Assembly (NCBI GenBank): GCA_045644145.1
Contig: JAZRGK010000063.1
Coordinates: 32,487-96,486, forward strand
Direction of reading: 5' to 3'
Length of the DNA: 64,000 bases
DNA from: Candidatus Flemingiibacterium sp.
GTDB lineage: Bacteria > Bacillota > Clostridia > Oscillospirales > CAG-272
Both the position numbers and the translations under genes were made by a program. The notes beneath the pieces are model-generated. The model was given only the letters and a program-made list of their open reading frames with translations. It made no database searches and was not told the DNA's origin. This document shows, piece after piece, positions 18,385 through 27,106 of the stretch (position 1 is its first letter; every line of letters starts with the position of its first letter).

Positions 18385-19040
18385 AAAGGGATTTTTACAT
18401 TTTCACCGGCGGCAAGGTTTACGCCGATACATTATCAGAAATTTCGCTCTCACTCAGTGAGGGCGATTTCGTCATTGCCGCTGACAGCGGTTACCTTACG
18501 GCGAAAAGATTTTCCGTAAAGCCTGATATGCTTCTTGGTGATCTTGATTCCCTTGGGGCGGAGAATCTGTCCGAGGACGAGCTTGCCTTGATGGAAAAAA
18601 TACTTGTTTCTCCAATAAAAGACGATACCGATACCCAGCTTGCCGTGGATACGGCAATTTTCCGCGGGGCTGAAAACATTTACATAGTCGGCGGTCTTGG
18701 GGGGCGGCTTGATCATACGCTTTCAAGCGTCTTCTTGCTTGAATACATTGCGGAGCGCGGAATTGGCTGTCTTATGACCGATGGGCGCAACAGAGTGCGA
18801 ATATTGCGCGCAGACGGTGAGAAACAGAGCGTTGCCGTAGCAAAAGGTTATAAGTATCTGTCGCTTGTTTCCTTAACTGATGTGTGCTGCGGTGTATCTG
18901 TATCGGGAGTATACTATCCTCTTGACTCGGTAGAGCTTACGAGAAAATATTCATATGCTGTCAGCAACGAGATAACTGCAGATCATGCTGAAATCTCACT
19001 TGTTGAAGGCGTAATGCTGGTTATCGAAAGCAGAGATTAA
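18381..19040 (+). CDS. thiN: Thiamine diphosphokinase
   Basis: LGDLDS and KDDTDTQLA motifs. The ATG at 18381 forms an ATGA overlap with the rsgA stop. Confidence 0.85.
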   Translation: MKRDFYIFTGGKVYADTLSEISLSLSEGDFVIAADSGYLTAKRFSVKPDMLLGDLDSLGAENLSEDELALMEKILVSPIKDDTDTQLAVDTAIFRGAENIYIVGGLGGRLDHTLSSVFLLEYIAERGIGCLMTDGRNRVRILRADGEKQSVAVAKGYKYLSLVSLTDVCCGVSVSGVYYPLDSVELTRKYSYAVSNEITADHAEISLVEGVMLVIESRD

Positions 19041-19119
19041 CAAATTTCCTGACTACGTCATATCCTTTTAATGAGCCGTTAATTACTGCTTGAGTCGTAT
19101 AGTTAAGAAGGGACACGAT

Positions 19120-19197
19120 ATGAAGGTTGTAGTTGTCAAATCCCCGAAGCTGTTTGTGCCGATTTTGCGGAAGCTTTTTGGGATAAAGAAGAAATAA
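19120..19197 (+). CDS. spoVM: Stage V sporulation protein M (25-aa amphipathic peptide)
   Basis: Unlisted micro-ORF MKVVVVKSPKLFVPILRKLFGIKKK. It has the same length class and KxPKf..gI.r..fG pattern as B. subtilis SpoVM (MKFYTIKLPKFLGGIVRAMLGSFRKD). It sits in the same position after thiN, is preceded by GAAGGGA and is followed by a strong terminator. Confidence 0.8.
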   Translation: MKVVVVKSPKLFVPILRKLFGIKKK

Positions 19198-19202
19198 TAC
19201 AT

Positions 19203-19238
19203 AAATGAGCTGCTGCACCTGTGTACAGCAGCTCATTT
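19203..19238. terminator. Bidirectional rho-independent terminator
   Basis: AAATGAGCTGCTG / CAGCAGCTCATTT forms an 11-13 bp perfect stem, with A/T runs on both sides. It lies between convergent spoVM (+) and the 141-aa ORF (-). Confidence 0.85.
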
Positions 19239-19262
19239 CCGTGTAGGAGCAGCACCATGGAA

Positions 19263-19688
19263 TTATAAAAATCTTGCAAGATTTTCGGCGGTGCTTTTTT
19301 CGAATTTAAGCACATCTTCGGCGAGAGCACGAGCTTCCTTTGAGTGTTCGCCGGAATTGAGTTGCTTTTCAATGTTGATGATACCCATAGTTGCACCGTT
19401 TATCATCATTTCCGCAAGATGGGATGTGGTGGTGTCAAGCATGGTATTAAAGGTCATTCCGATCTTGCTTCCCGCTTTCGCCATCATTCCCGGTTCTTCG
19501 GGCTTAAGCCCACGTTCCGCAAGAAGCGATGCCGCGCGCTTTGAATATTCGCGATATTTTTCAAGCTCGCGGGTCATTTCGCATCGCATGCCCGAATCCG
19601 CCGCCTTATCCATAAGGTCGATAAGGGCATCGCCGCCCATGACGGTGTTTTTATACAGCTCATTAAGCAGTATTTCGTTGTTATCCAT
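19263..19688 (-). CDS. Hypothetical, predicted all-helical cytoplasmic protein (141 aa)
   Basis: Clean ORF preceded by a GAGGGA RBS, with protein-like composition. I recognise no motif. Confidence 0.6.
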   Translation of the reverse strand: MDNNEILLNELYKNTVMGGDALIDLMDKAADSGMRCEMTRELEKYREYSKRAASLLAERGLKPEEPGMMAKAGSKIGMTFNTMLDTTTSHLAEMMINGATMGIINIEKQLNSGEHSKEARALAEDVLKFEKSTAENLARFL

Positions 19689-19700
19689 ATTCCCTCACAC

Positions 19701-19733
19701 AAAAACATAATACCGTGGTTAAACCACGGTATT
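19701..19733 (-). terminator. Rho-independent terminator after metA
   Basis: Near-perfect palindrome AATACCGTGGTT a AACCACGGTATT (19709-19733), followed on the minus strand by ATGTTTTT. Confidence 0.7.
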
Positions 19734-19759
19734 AGTATTTGCGGATAACTTAAATATAT

Positions 19760-20683
19760 TTACGATCTCGAAAGATCTTCAAGATCATAAGGTGTATTCT
19801 GGTACACGAAATAGTTTAGCCAATTTGAGAACATAAGATTTGCATGTCCGCGCCAGAGGTTTGGCGGACGCTTTGAGGGATTGTTGTCAGGGAAATAGTT
19901 GTACGGTATTTCGATTTCAAGACCCTTGTCCACATCGCGGAAATATTCCTTAGATAACGTGTCGTAGTCGTACTCTGAATGTCCCGTTACAAAAAGCATG
20001 CGCGAATCCTTGGCGGCGATGATGTACGGACCTGCCATATCGCTTCTTGCGATAAGCTCAATACCCTCTACCTTTGATATTTCTTCTTCCGAAATACCTG
20101 TGTGGCGCGAATGAGGAGCGTAGAAATATTCGTCGAATCCGCGGACTATGGGATGATTAGGGCGGAGAGCGTAATGCTTGAATACGCCGAACATTTTCTT
20201 GCCAAGGGAGTGCTTTTTTACACCGTAGTGGTAGTAAAGCCCTGCCTGTGCCGCCCAGCAGATATGCAGGGTAGAGAACACATGGGTCTTGGACCATTCC
20301 ATGATGCCGCAAAGCTCGTCCCAATATGTAACATCGTGAAAATCCAAGTTTTCAACCGGTGCACCGGTAATGATAAGTCCGTCAAATTTTTCGTTCTTTA
20401 TATCGTCAAAATTCTTATAGAACGCTTCCATGTGCTCCGCAGGCGTATGCTTTGAACGGTGTGTTGCGGTCTGAAGCAGAGTAAACTCGATTTGCAGCGA
20501 ACTGTTGGAAAGTAGGCGGATAAGCTGAGTTTCCGTGGTGATCTTTGTGGGCATAAGGTTCAGCACCGCGATTTTCAGCGGACGTATATCCTGGTGTTCG
20601 GCGCGGAAATCATTCATTACGAAGATATTCTCACGTTCAAGTATTTCGTGGGCAGGTAAACCTACTGGTATTTTTATTGGCAC
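19760..20683 (-). CDS. metA: Homoserine O-acyltransferase (MetA family)
   Basis: [22 protein letters not shown] and [15 protein letters not shown] chose the start at GTG 20683, which gives MPIKIP, 7 nt after GGAGGA (20696-20691). The ORF-track ATG at 20731 has no RBS. Confidence 0.88.
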   Translation of the reverse strand: MPIKIPVGLPAHEILERENIFVMNDFRAEHQDIRPLKIAVLNLMPTKITTETQLIRLLSNSSLQIEFTLLQTATHRSKHTPAEHMEAFYKNFDDIKNEKFDGLIITGAPVENLDFHDVTYWDELCGIMEWSKTHVFSTLHICWAAQAGLYYHYGVKKHSLGKKMFGVFKHYALRPNHPIVRGFDEYFYAPHSRHTGISEEEISKVEGIELIARSDMAGPYIIAAKDSRMLFVTGHSEYDYDTLSKEYFRDVDKGLEIEIPYNYFPDNNPSKRPPNLWRGHANLMFSNWLNYFVYQNTPYDLEDLSRS

Positions 20684-20787
20684 TTGGTATTCCTCCGTGG
20701 TTTGTATGTTGAGGCGGATTTGCGAATTCATACATCTTTTGCGCGAAATGCATTCCGCGACGTACAGATATAAGCATGACTAGTATC

Positions 20788-20816
20788 ATTATACCACAAA
20801 ACTTAAGATAAAACAA
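20788..20816 (-). promoter_or_regulatory. Candidate sigma-A promoter of metA
   Basis: Minus strand reads TTGTTT (20816-20811), a 17-nt spacer, then TGgTATAAT (20796-20788). Confidence 0.45.
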
Positions 20817-20996
20817 CAGTATTGATGAAAAAATATATTTTCAATAAAAACAATTACAAAAACGCAAAAAAGTTATTAAATTTTCAAAAAAGTATATCTT
20901 TTGCGAAAAAAATATGTTATAATATATGGTATATAGGAACAGCGGTGAGTTTATGTAAAAAAACATCGTATTTCCATGTGGTTTTGAGGGGGCGAT

Positions 20997-23900
20997 ATGC
21001 GGATGAATAGGCTTAAATCGGTTGGTGCTTTGATCGGCATTTGGTTTTTTGCCGCAATGATTCTTTCGCTTCCTGTTCTCGCAGAATTTTCATACGGTGG
21101 TTCAGAGCCCGAGGAATCCATGCGTGTCATTGAATCTTTTGATGGCACGGCACAAAATTTCCGTTCGGGAAAGAACGTAAGAAGCGTACATACCGGTAAC
21201 TTCACGTTTACAGAAAACGGTGCCGATGTCAATTATACTTGTCTTGAAGCCGCCGCTTCATACTGCAGTGTGAGCGAGATTCGCACGGTGCGAGCTGAAT
21301 TTACTGAATCGCTTAATCTTGGCGACTATCGCTCTATTGAATATAAAATATATGTGCCGCTTTACGAATCTGATCCGGATGCATCCTATTATTCCAGACT
21401 TACGGTGTATTCTTCCGACGGAAGCAGTACGGAAACTCTTGCCGAGGTTGAAGGTGGTACATGGTCCGCTGTCAAAGCTGATATATCCGATTGGGCTGAG
21501 CGGAACGATATTGTTTCACTTGAAATAGCGTATGTTGTTGATACTGTGAAGATACGGTATGTCAATGATAATTTTTATATTGACGATGTCGCCGCCGGCG
21601 ATGCTGTTGACCGCTCTGTAAGCTCTCGTTTTTTGTTTGATGAGTTTCAGCTTGACGGGGCATCCGGCGCAATGACTGCTGACAACAGCATGATACTTAT
21701 AAGCGCAAACTCTTTTGACAGATTCTCTCTTTCGGCGGATGTGTTTGTTCCGGAGCTCGCGTACGATGCCGGTGCCCTCAGAATAAAGCTTGCAAACAGC
21801 TCTATGAGTGATATGCTCACATTGAGGTATACAACCTCAGACACTAAGGCAAACAGCGAAGCCAAAAGTGTGTCCGTTCCAATCGTACCAATGTCCGATG
21901 CCGCGTATTACTACGCATATGTTGGTGATGTTTCCATGCTCCGCAGTATAGAGCTGCAGTTTAATAAAGGCGGCGGAAATGTTGAGATATACTCTCTTAG
22001 TGCGGTTCCTTATACCGTGAATGAAGAATATGAAACTTTCGGAAATGTCACTGTTTGCAGACTGAGTGACGACCGTTTATCGGTGAGCTTTTACGGTGAA
22101 GTTGACCGAGAGGTGGTTTTGGCTAATCAGAACGGCAGAATAGCAATATACGCCTACGATAAGGATATGCTTCCCACTGCAGAGGAGCTCCTGTCACTTA
22201 CTCCTGTTGCCTCGGGTGCTATGACTACCCGTTTTGAGTTCAGTTGGAAACTGCCGCCTGACAATCCACATGTAGGATACAGCCGTTTTATTGCTGTACT
22301 TCTTAATTCCGATGGGGACTATATGCTTATAGCGCCTCCTTTCTGTATAGACAATCCGCGTCAGGGTTTGAGCGGGGAAAATACATTTCCTACCGACAGC
22401 AAGGGGTTTGCATGTGATGATATCTCCCTTGTTGGAGAAGCAGACAGCGGAATTACTGTAATTTCGGTTGATACACGCCGTGTGTTCGATACAACATCGG
22501 AGATAGGAGTATATACATATAACGATCGTTCGTATTATATGAACAGCAAATATGTAAATGAATTATCTGAGAAAATAACCGCACTGAATAGAAGTGGGGT
22601 TGGAGTAATACTTCGCTATATAAGGCTTGACGGCACGCAAAAAGATGAACTTGTGCAGTCATATGCCTCCGACAGTCATGTGGGCTACACGAGCAGTTTC
22701 GCTGCCGCGGATGGTGAGGATTTTATTGGCGCCTTAAGTGCATATACAGCCGAAAAATGGTGCAGTAACGGTGAGGTTATCGGAATAATATTCGGAAACG
22801 GGGAGAATGTTATTCCCGAAGGTGAATTATCTGTATCAGACATGATTGCGGAGACCGCCAAAGAGCTTTGCAAGGTTTATTTTAATGTTATTTCCGCAAG
22901 CCCTATGTCTAAGATATATATTTCCGTAACTGACCTTATGGATATGGATCCGTCAACCAACGCATCGGAGCTTCCTATAAACGATTATCTCAGTGCGCTC
23001 AGGGCAAAGACTGCTGAGTACGGTATCGACGATTGGGAGATCTCGGTTGAAGTGACCGAGCGTGATCGCGATTTCCCGTATGATGTCGTAAGGGTAAATG
23101 ACTGTAGTGCTCTTGCCGATTTTTTGCGTAGTGGCGGTTTTGGGGATAAACATTTTATATTTTGCGATGCGGTTTATTCTGATGGTTCTGCCAGACTCAG
23201 TACGCTGACGGAGAGGTGTGTAACCGGTTATTATTCATCCGTTTTTAATGATAATTTGGATGCATATATAGCTATTGCTGGCTCAAAGGCATCCATAGCG
23301 GAATCGGTAAAGTGTATTGACACCACCGAATCATCCGTTATCACATCCATCGCGCTTCTGACGCTTAAAGCTGACCGCCTTGAAGATATAATAGACGGAT
23401 ATGACAAGTCAAAGCTTTCCGAGCGGCGACTGAATTATGCGGATGCGCTTCATGGCGAACCGGATGGAATAAAGGGGACTTACAAGTATTTCGTCTTTGA
23501 CAGTGCCGCTAATCTTGCGGATGTTGAACCGGGATATTACTGCTCAGACATGCATATTGTCCATGACGGCATTTCGGCGTTAGCCATTCATCTTGATTCC
23601 TCGCTGTATGGGGAACAGCTCCGCGGGGGATGGATGGGAATATCTCATCGCTTTGAATACACGGAAAGCTTAGAGCCTATATCTGTTATAGCTGTTGATA
23701 TGAAGCTTGAAAACCCCGTACCTGGAAGCGTTTTTTCGGTTCCGATAAAGCTGGTGCTTCACTCCGCAGATGAACGCTTTGAGGCGGACGGTAAGATAGG
23801 CGTTGGCGAATGGACAACTGTATATTTTGACATTACCGGATTTGACGGAATAGAAGCTACAGAGTCATTTCATTTGCTCACAGGCGGTGGGATGATAGAG

Positions 23901-24122
23901 TCTGCAACCCTTCTTATCAAAGATATCCGGGGCTTATCTGATGAATACGCGGATGAGGCTCTTAGTCAGGTGATAGCCGAAAACCGTGTGAAGAAGCGTT
24001 CTCCCAATAAGGAAACTGCTCCTGATACATACCTGTGGATGGGCGGTGCGATAATTGTGGGAATTGCGACAGTGGCGACCACGGCATTGCTGAGCCGAAG
24101 AAAGAGTGAAGAGCGTGGATAA
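20997..24122 (+). CDS. Large exoprotein with an N-terminal signal peptide and a C-terminal TM anchor; paralogue of 49144..51609 with a glycoside-hydrolase-like central region
   Basis: GAGGGGG RBS. Signal peptide MRMNRLKSVGALIGIWFFAAMILSLPVLA. C-terminal helix WMGGAIIVGIATVATTALL followed by SRRKSEERG. By eye the central blocks align with the 821-aa protein (see findings). Confidence 0.8.
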   Translation: MRMNRLKSVGALIGIWFFAAMILSLPVLAEFSYGGSEPEESMRVIESFDGTAQNFRSGKNVRSVHTGNFTFTENGADVNYTCLEAAASYCSVSEIRTVRAEFTESLNLGDYRSIEYKIYVPLYESDPDASYYSRLTVYSSDGSSTETLAEVEGGTWSAVKADISDWAERNDIVSLEIAYVVDTVKIRYVNDNFYIDDVAAGDAVDRSVSSRFLFDEFQLDGASGAMTADNSMILISANSFDRFSLSADVFVPELAYDAGALRIKLANSSMSDMLTLRYTTSDTKANSEAKSVSVPIVPMSDAAYYYAYVGDVSMLRSIELQFNKGGGNVEIYSLSAVPYTVNEEYETFGNVTVCRLSDDRLSVSFYGEVDREVVLANQNGRIAIYAYDKDMLPTAEELLSLTPVASGAMTTRFEFSWKLPPDNPHVGYSRFIAVLLNSDGDYMLIAPPFCIDNPRQGLSGENTFPTDSKGFACDDISLVGEADSGITVISVDTRRVFDTTSEIGVYTYNDRSYYMNSKYVNELSEKITALNRSGVGVILRYIRLDGTQKDELVQSYASDSHVGYTSSFAAADGEDFIGALSAYTAEKWCSNGEVIGIIFGNGENVIPEGELSVSDMIAETAKELCKVYFNVISASPMSKIYISVTDLMDMDPSTNASELPINDYLSALRAKTAEYGIDDWEISVEVTERDRDFPYDVVRVNDCSALADFLRSGGFGDKHFIFCDAVYSDGSARLSTLTERCVTGYYSSVFNDNLDAYIAIAGSKASIAESVKCIDTTESSVITSIALLTLKADRLEDIIDGYDKSKLSERRLNYADALHGEPDGIKGTYKYFVFDSAANLADVEPGYYCSDMHIVHDGISALAIHLDSSLYGEQLRGGWMGISHRFEYTESLEPISVIAVDMKLENPVPGSVFSVPIKLVLHSADERFEADGKIGVGEWTTVYFDITGFDGIEATESFHLLTGGGMIESATLLIKDIRGLSDEYADEALSQVIAENRVKKRSPNKETAPDTYLWMGGAIIVGIATVATTALLSRRKSEERG

Positions 24123-24384
24123 GGCGAAGAAAGCAGGTATTATACTTGCGGCTGCTCTGTTTGTATTTGCTATTGGTGCAAAATATGTGTCCGGCGAAGC
24201 CGCAGAAAATATAGTGCTCCCTATCCTTGCTCTTATTTGCACTGTACTGTGTGTGATACACATAGCCGTTTTAAAAAGTTACAAGGATAGAAATGTCGCG
24301 GTAACAGATCTTGTGAGAACCATTACATTCGGTGTGGTGGCACTCATTCTCTGGGCGGCGGTTACATTTAATTTCATAACATAA
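24106..24384 (+). CDS. Small integral membrane protein (three hydrophobic helices)
   Basis: The GTG start overlaps the end of the 1041-aa gene by 17 nt. There are three clear TM-like segments. The RBS is weak, so both the start and coding status are less certain. Confidence 0.5.
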   Translation: MKSVDKAKKAGIILAAALFVFAIGAKYVSGEAAENIVLPILALICTVLCVIHIAVLKSYKDRNVAVTDLVRTITFGVVALILWAAVTFNFIT

Positions 24385-24393
24385 GGAAATGAT

Positions 24394-24939
24394 ATGCTAC
24401 AACGAAACTTTTCGGACGATTCACCAATAGAAGATGTTCCAATAAGGCTTTTTGGGGTTATGAGGGAATCCATAGTTGACGGCCCAAGACTTCGGTACGT
24501 CATATTCACCCAAGGGTGTCCTCATAAATGCTTTAATTGTCACAACCCCGAATCTCACGGATATACGGGGGGGAAGCTTACGACCACGGCAAAGCTGTGG
24601 AATGATATAAAGAAGAATCCCATGATAAAGGGTATAACCTTCAGCGGCGGTGAGCCTTTTCTGTGGGGGCATGAGCTGTATGTGATTGCCAAAAAAGCCG
24701 CCGAGCGAGGGCTTGATATTATGACCTACAGCGGCTTCACATACGAGCAGCTTCTGAAAAAGGCTGAAACGGAGCCGTCGGTGCACGAGCTTCTGTCTGT
24801 GACCAACTATCTTGTTGACGGTCGGTATGTGGATTCAAAGCGTGACCTTAATCTCAGGTTCCGCGGAAGTACAAATCAGCGCATTTTGGATGTGACCTGC
24901 TACCCCAATTCAAAGGACGCATCCCAAATAGAATTATAA
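24394..24939 (+). CDS. nrdG: Anaerobic ribonucleotide reductase-activating-protein-like radical SAM enzyme
   Basis: ESIVDGPRLRYVIFTQGCPHKCFNCHNPES is an NrdG-type CxxxCxxC context. GITFSGGEP. About 180 aa. Confidence 0.8.
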   Translation: MLQRNFSDDSPIEDVPIRLFGVMRESIVDGPRLRYVIFTQGCPHKCFNCHNPESHGYTGGKLTTTAKLWNDIKKNPMIKGITFSGGEPFLWGHELYVIAKKAAERGLDIMTYSGFTYEQLLKKAETEPSVHELLSVTNYLVDGRYVDSKRDLNLRFRGSTNQRILDVTCYPNSKDASQIEL

Positions 24940-24970
24940 ATTATTACTTAATCAAAAGGAGAAAATAAAA

Positions 24971-26137
24971 ATGTCTGAAGCTTATCTCTCTCGCGGCGTA
25001 TCTGCTACAAAGGATGAAGTACACAGTGCCATTTCGAAGCAGGATAAAGGTGTCTTTGCAGGTGCATTCTGCAAGATCATCCCCGATCCCTGCGGTGATC
25101 CCGAATACTGCGCGGCTATGCACGCAGACGGTGCCGGCACAAAATCCTCGCTGGCATATATAAAGTACAAGGAAACCGGCGACATTTCCGCATTCTATAA
25201 CATTGCCCAGGACTCCGTTGTAATGAATCTCGACGATCTTCTTTGTATCGGTGCAACCGATGGGTTTGTGCTTTCAAATACCATCGGACGTAACGCTCAC
25301 CGTGTAAACGGCGAGGCTATCAAGCAGGTTATTGACGGCTATACGGAATTTTGCGAAATGCTTGGTAAATACGGCGTTGGCATCACCATGTCCGGCGGTG
25401 AAACCGCAGACGTTGGCGACCTTGTTTCCACTCTTATCGTGGACTCCACTTTCTTTGTAAGACTTAAGAGAAGCGACGTTATCGACTGCGATAATATCAA
25501 GCCCGGGGACGTGATCGTAGGTTTTGCTTCCTACGGCAAGGCATCCTATGAGAAGGCTTACAATGCCGGTATGGGCTCAAACGGTCTTACCGCTGCGCGC
25601 CATCTTATGCTTTCCCACGATTACGCAAAGAAGTATCCGGAAACCTTCTCGAATACTATCGATGAATCCAAGGTATACTGCGGTACATACGGCGTGAACG
25701 ATATTCTTCCCGGTACTGATGTTTCCGTAGTGGATGCTATTCTTTCGCCTACACGCACATATGCACCCATTATCAAGGAGATACTTGACAATAAGCGTTC
25801 TGCGGTTCACGGCATGATCCACTGCACCGGCGGCGGACAGGCTAAGTGTAAAAACTTCGGAAAGGGAATCCATTATATAAAGGATAATCTTTTCGATACT
25901 CCTCCGCTTTTCGCGGCGATCTGGAAGAACGCAGACATTGAAGACCGTGAGATGTATCAGGTGTTCAATATGGGTCATAGAATGGAGCTGTACTGCGACG
26001 CAGCAGATGCTGAATTTATGATCGACACAGCCAAGAAGTACGGTGTTGAGGCAAAGATCGTAGGTCACTGTGAGGCGAGTGCTGACGGCAAGAATAAAGT
26101 AACCATCACAGATAAGGGCAATACCTACGAGTACTAA
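24971..26137 (+). CDS. AIR-synthase (PurM) family protein, long form
   Basis: RGVSATKDEVHSAI, MHADGAGTKS, SGGETADVGD and IHCTGGGQ match the PurM/AIR-synthase-related N- and C-domains. AAGGAG RBS. Confidence 0.75.
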   Translation: MSEAYLSRGVSATKDEVHSAISKQDKGVFAGAFCKIIPDPCGDPEYCAAMHADGAGTKSSLAYIKYKETGDISAFYNIAQDSVVMNLDDLLCIGATDGFVLSNTIGRNAHRVNGEAIKQVIDGYTEFCEMLGKYGVGITMSGGETADVGDLVSTLIVDSTFFVRLKRSDVIDCDNIKPGDVIVGFASYGKASYEKAYNAGMGSNGLTAARHLMLSHDYAKKYPETFSNTIDESKVYCGTYGVNDILPGTDVSVVDAILSPTRTYAPIIKEILDNKRSAVHGMIHCTGGGQAKCKNFGKGIHYIKDNLFDTPPLFAAIWKNADIEDREMYQVFNMGHRMELYCDAADAEFMIDTAKKYGVEAKIVGHCEASADGKNKVTITDKGNTYEY

Positions 26138-26161
26138 TAATAATTTTAAGGGGGATCGCTT

Positions 26162-27097
26162 ATGAAAAAGAGGATACTGGTTGTAAGCAGTGCCAATATG
26201 GATTTTGTCATGAGAATGAACAGGATTCCCGAAGCCGGTGAAACTGTAGTGGAGAATCAGGGATATGATTGTGTCCCCGGCGGAAAAGGCGCTAATGCCG
26301 CCCTTGCACTTGCAAGACTTGGGGCAGACAGTGTTTTCTGTGCAAGGCTGGGAAACGACAGTCACGGGCAGAAACTAAAATCCCTTTACGCGGATAACGG
26401 AATTGATACCAGATTCATAATAAATGATAAAAGCGTACCTACCGGACTTGCGGCGATATTGGTGGAGAAAAAAGGACAAAACCGTATCGTTGTATATCCT
26501 GGAGCTAACAACCGTCTTTCTCCCCTTGATGTAGAGGATGCTATGACATGCCTTCCCGATGCGGTATTCCTGCAGTTTGAGATACCCACAGATGCTGTTA
26601 TAGCGGCCACAGAGTTTGCGGCTAAAAAGAATATCCCCGTATTTGTGGATACCGGTGCGGCAAGCCCTGGATATCCTCTTGAAAAGCTTGGAAAGCTTGA
26701 GGTTATTTCTCCCAATGAAACTGAAACCCTTGCACTGACAGGTATTGTGCCCAACAATATGAGTAACTGTCTGCGTGCGGCAAATGAACTTATGAAAAAA
26801 GTGGATGCCAGGTATGTGGTAATAAAGCTTGGCTCCAGGGGTGCTTACATACATGACGGAATGTATTCGAAGCTTATATCCCCATACGACGTACCTGTGG
26901 TCGATACCACTGCGGCAGGGGATGCTTTTTCTGCGGCTATGACCTTAGAATATCTTAAAACCCGCGATATCGTAAGGGCTGTAAAATACGCAAATGCTGT
27001 GGGTGCTATGGTTGTTAGCAGGGAAGGCGCTTCGACTTCGCTGCCGAAAGCTTCCGAGGTTGATGAATTTATGAGTGCAAACGGTATTGTGCTTTAA
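26162..27097 (+). CDS. rbsK: Ribokinase (PfkB family)
   Basis: VPGGKGANAALALARLG, NETE, DTTAAGDAFSAA. Confidence 0.75.
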   Translation: MKKRILVVSSANMDFVMRMNRIPEAGETVVENQGYDCVPGGKGANAALALARLGADSVFCARLGNDSHGQKLKSLYADNGIDTRFIINDKSVPTGLAAILVEKKGQNRIVVYPGANNRLSPLDVEDAMTCLPDAVFLQFEIPTDAVIAATEFAAKKNIPVFVDTGAASPGYPLEKLGKLEVISPNETETLALTGIVPNNMSNCLRAANELMKKVDARYVVIKLGSRGAYIHDGMYSKLISPYDVPVVDTTAAGDAFSAAMTLEYLKTRDIVRAVKYANAVGAMVVSREGASTSLPKASEVDEFMSANGIVL

Positions 27098-27106
27098 GGA
27101 GAATAT

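Noticed and set aside
20684-20790. Possible SAM-I (S-box) riboswitch in the metA leader
   Set aside because: The leader is only about 95 nt. It lacks the conserved S-box core sequences and a terminator/antiterminator pair. Only one simple hairpin is present.
20822-21010. 62-aa ORF in the AT-rich spacer upstream of the 1041-aa gene
   Set aside because: It is Lys/Asn/Ile-rich as expected from AT-rich non-coding DNA. It has no RBS and runs into the start of the real gene out of frame.
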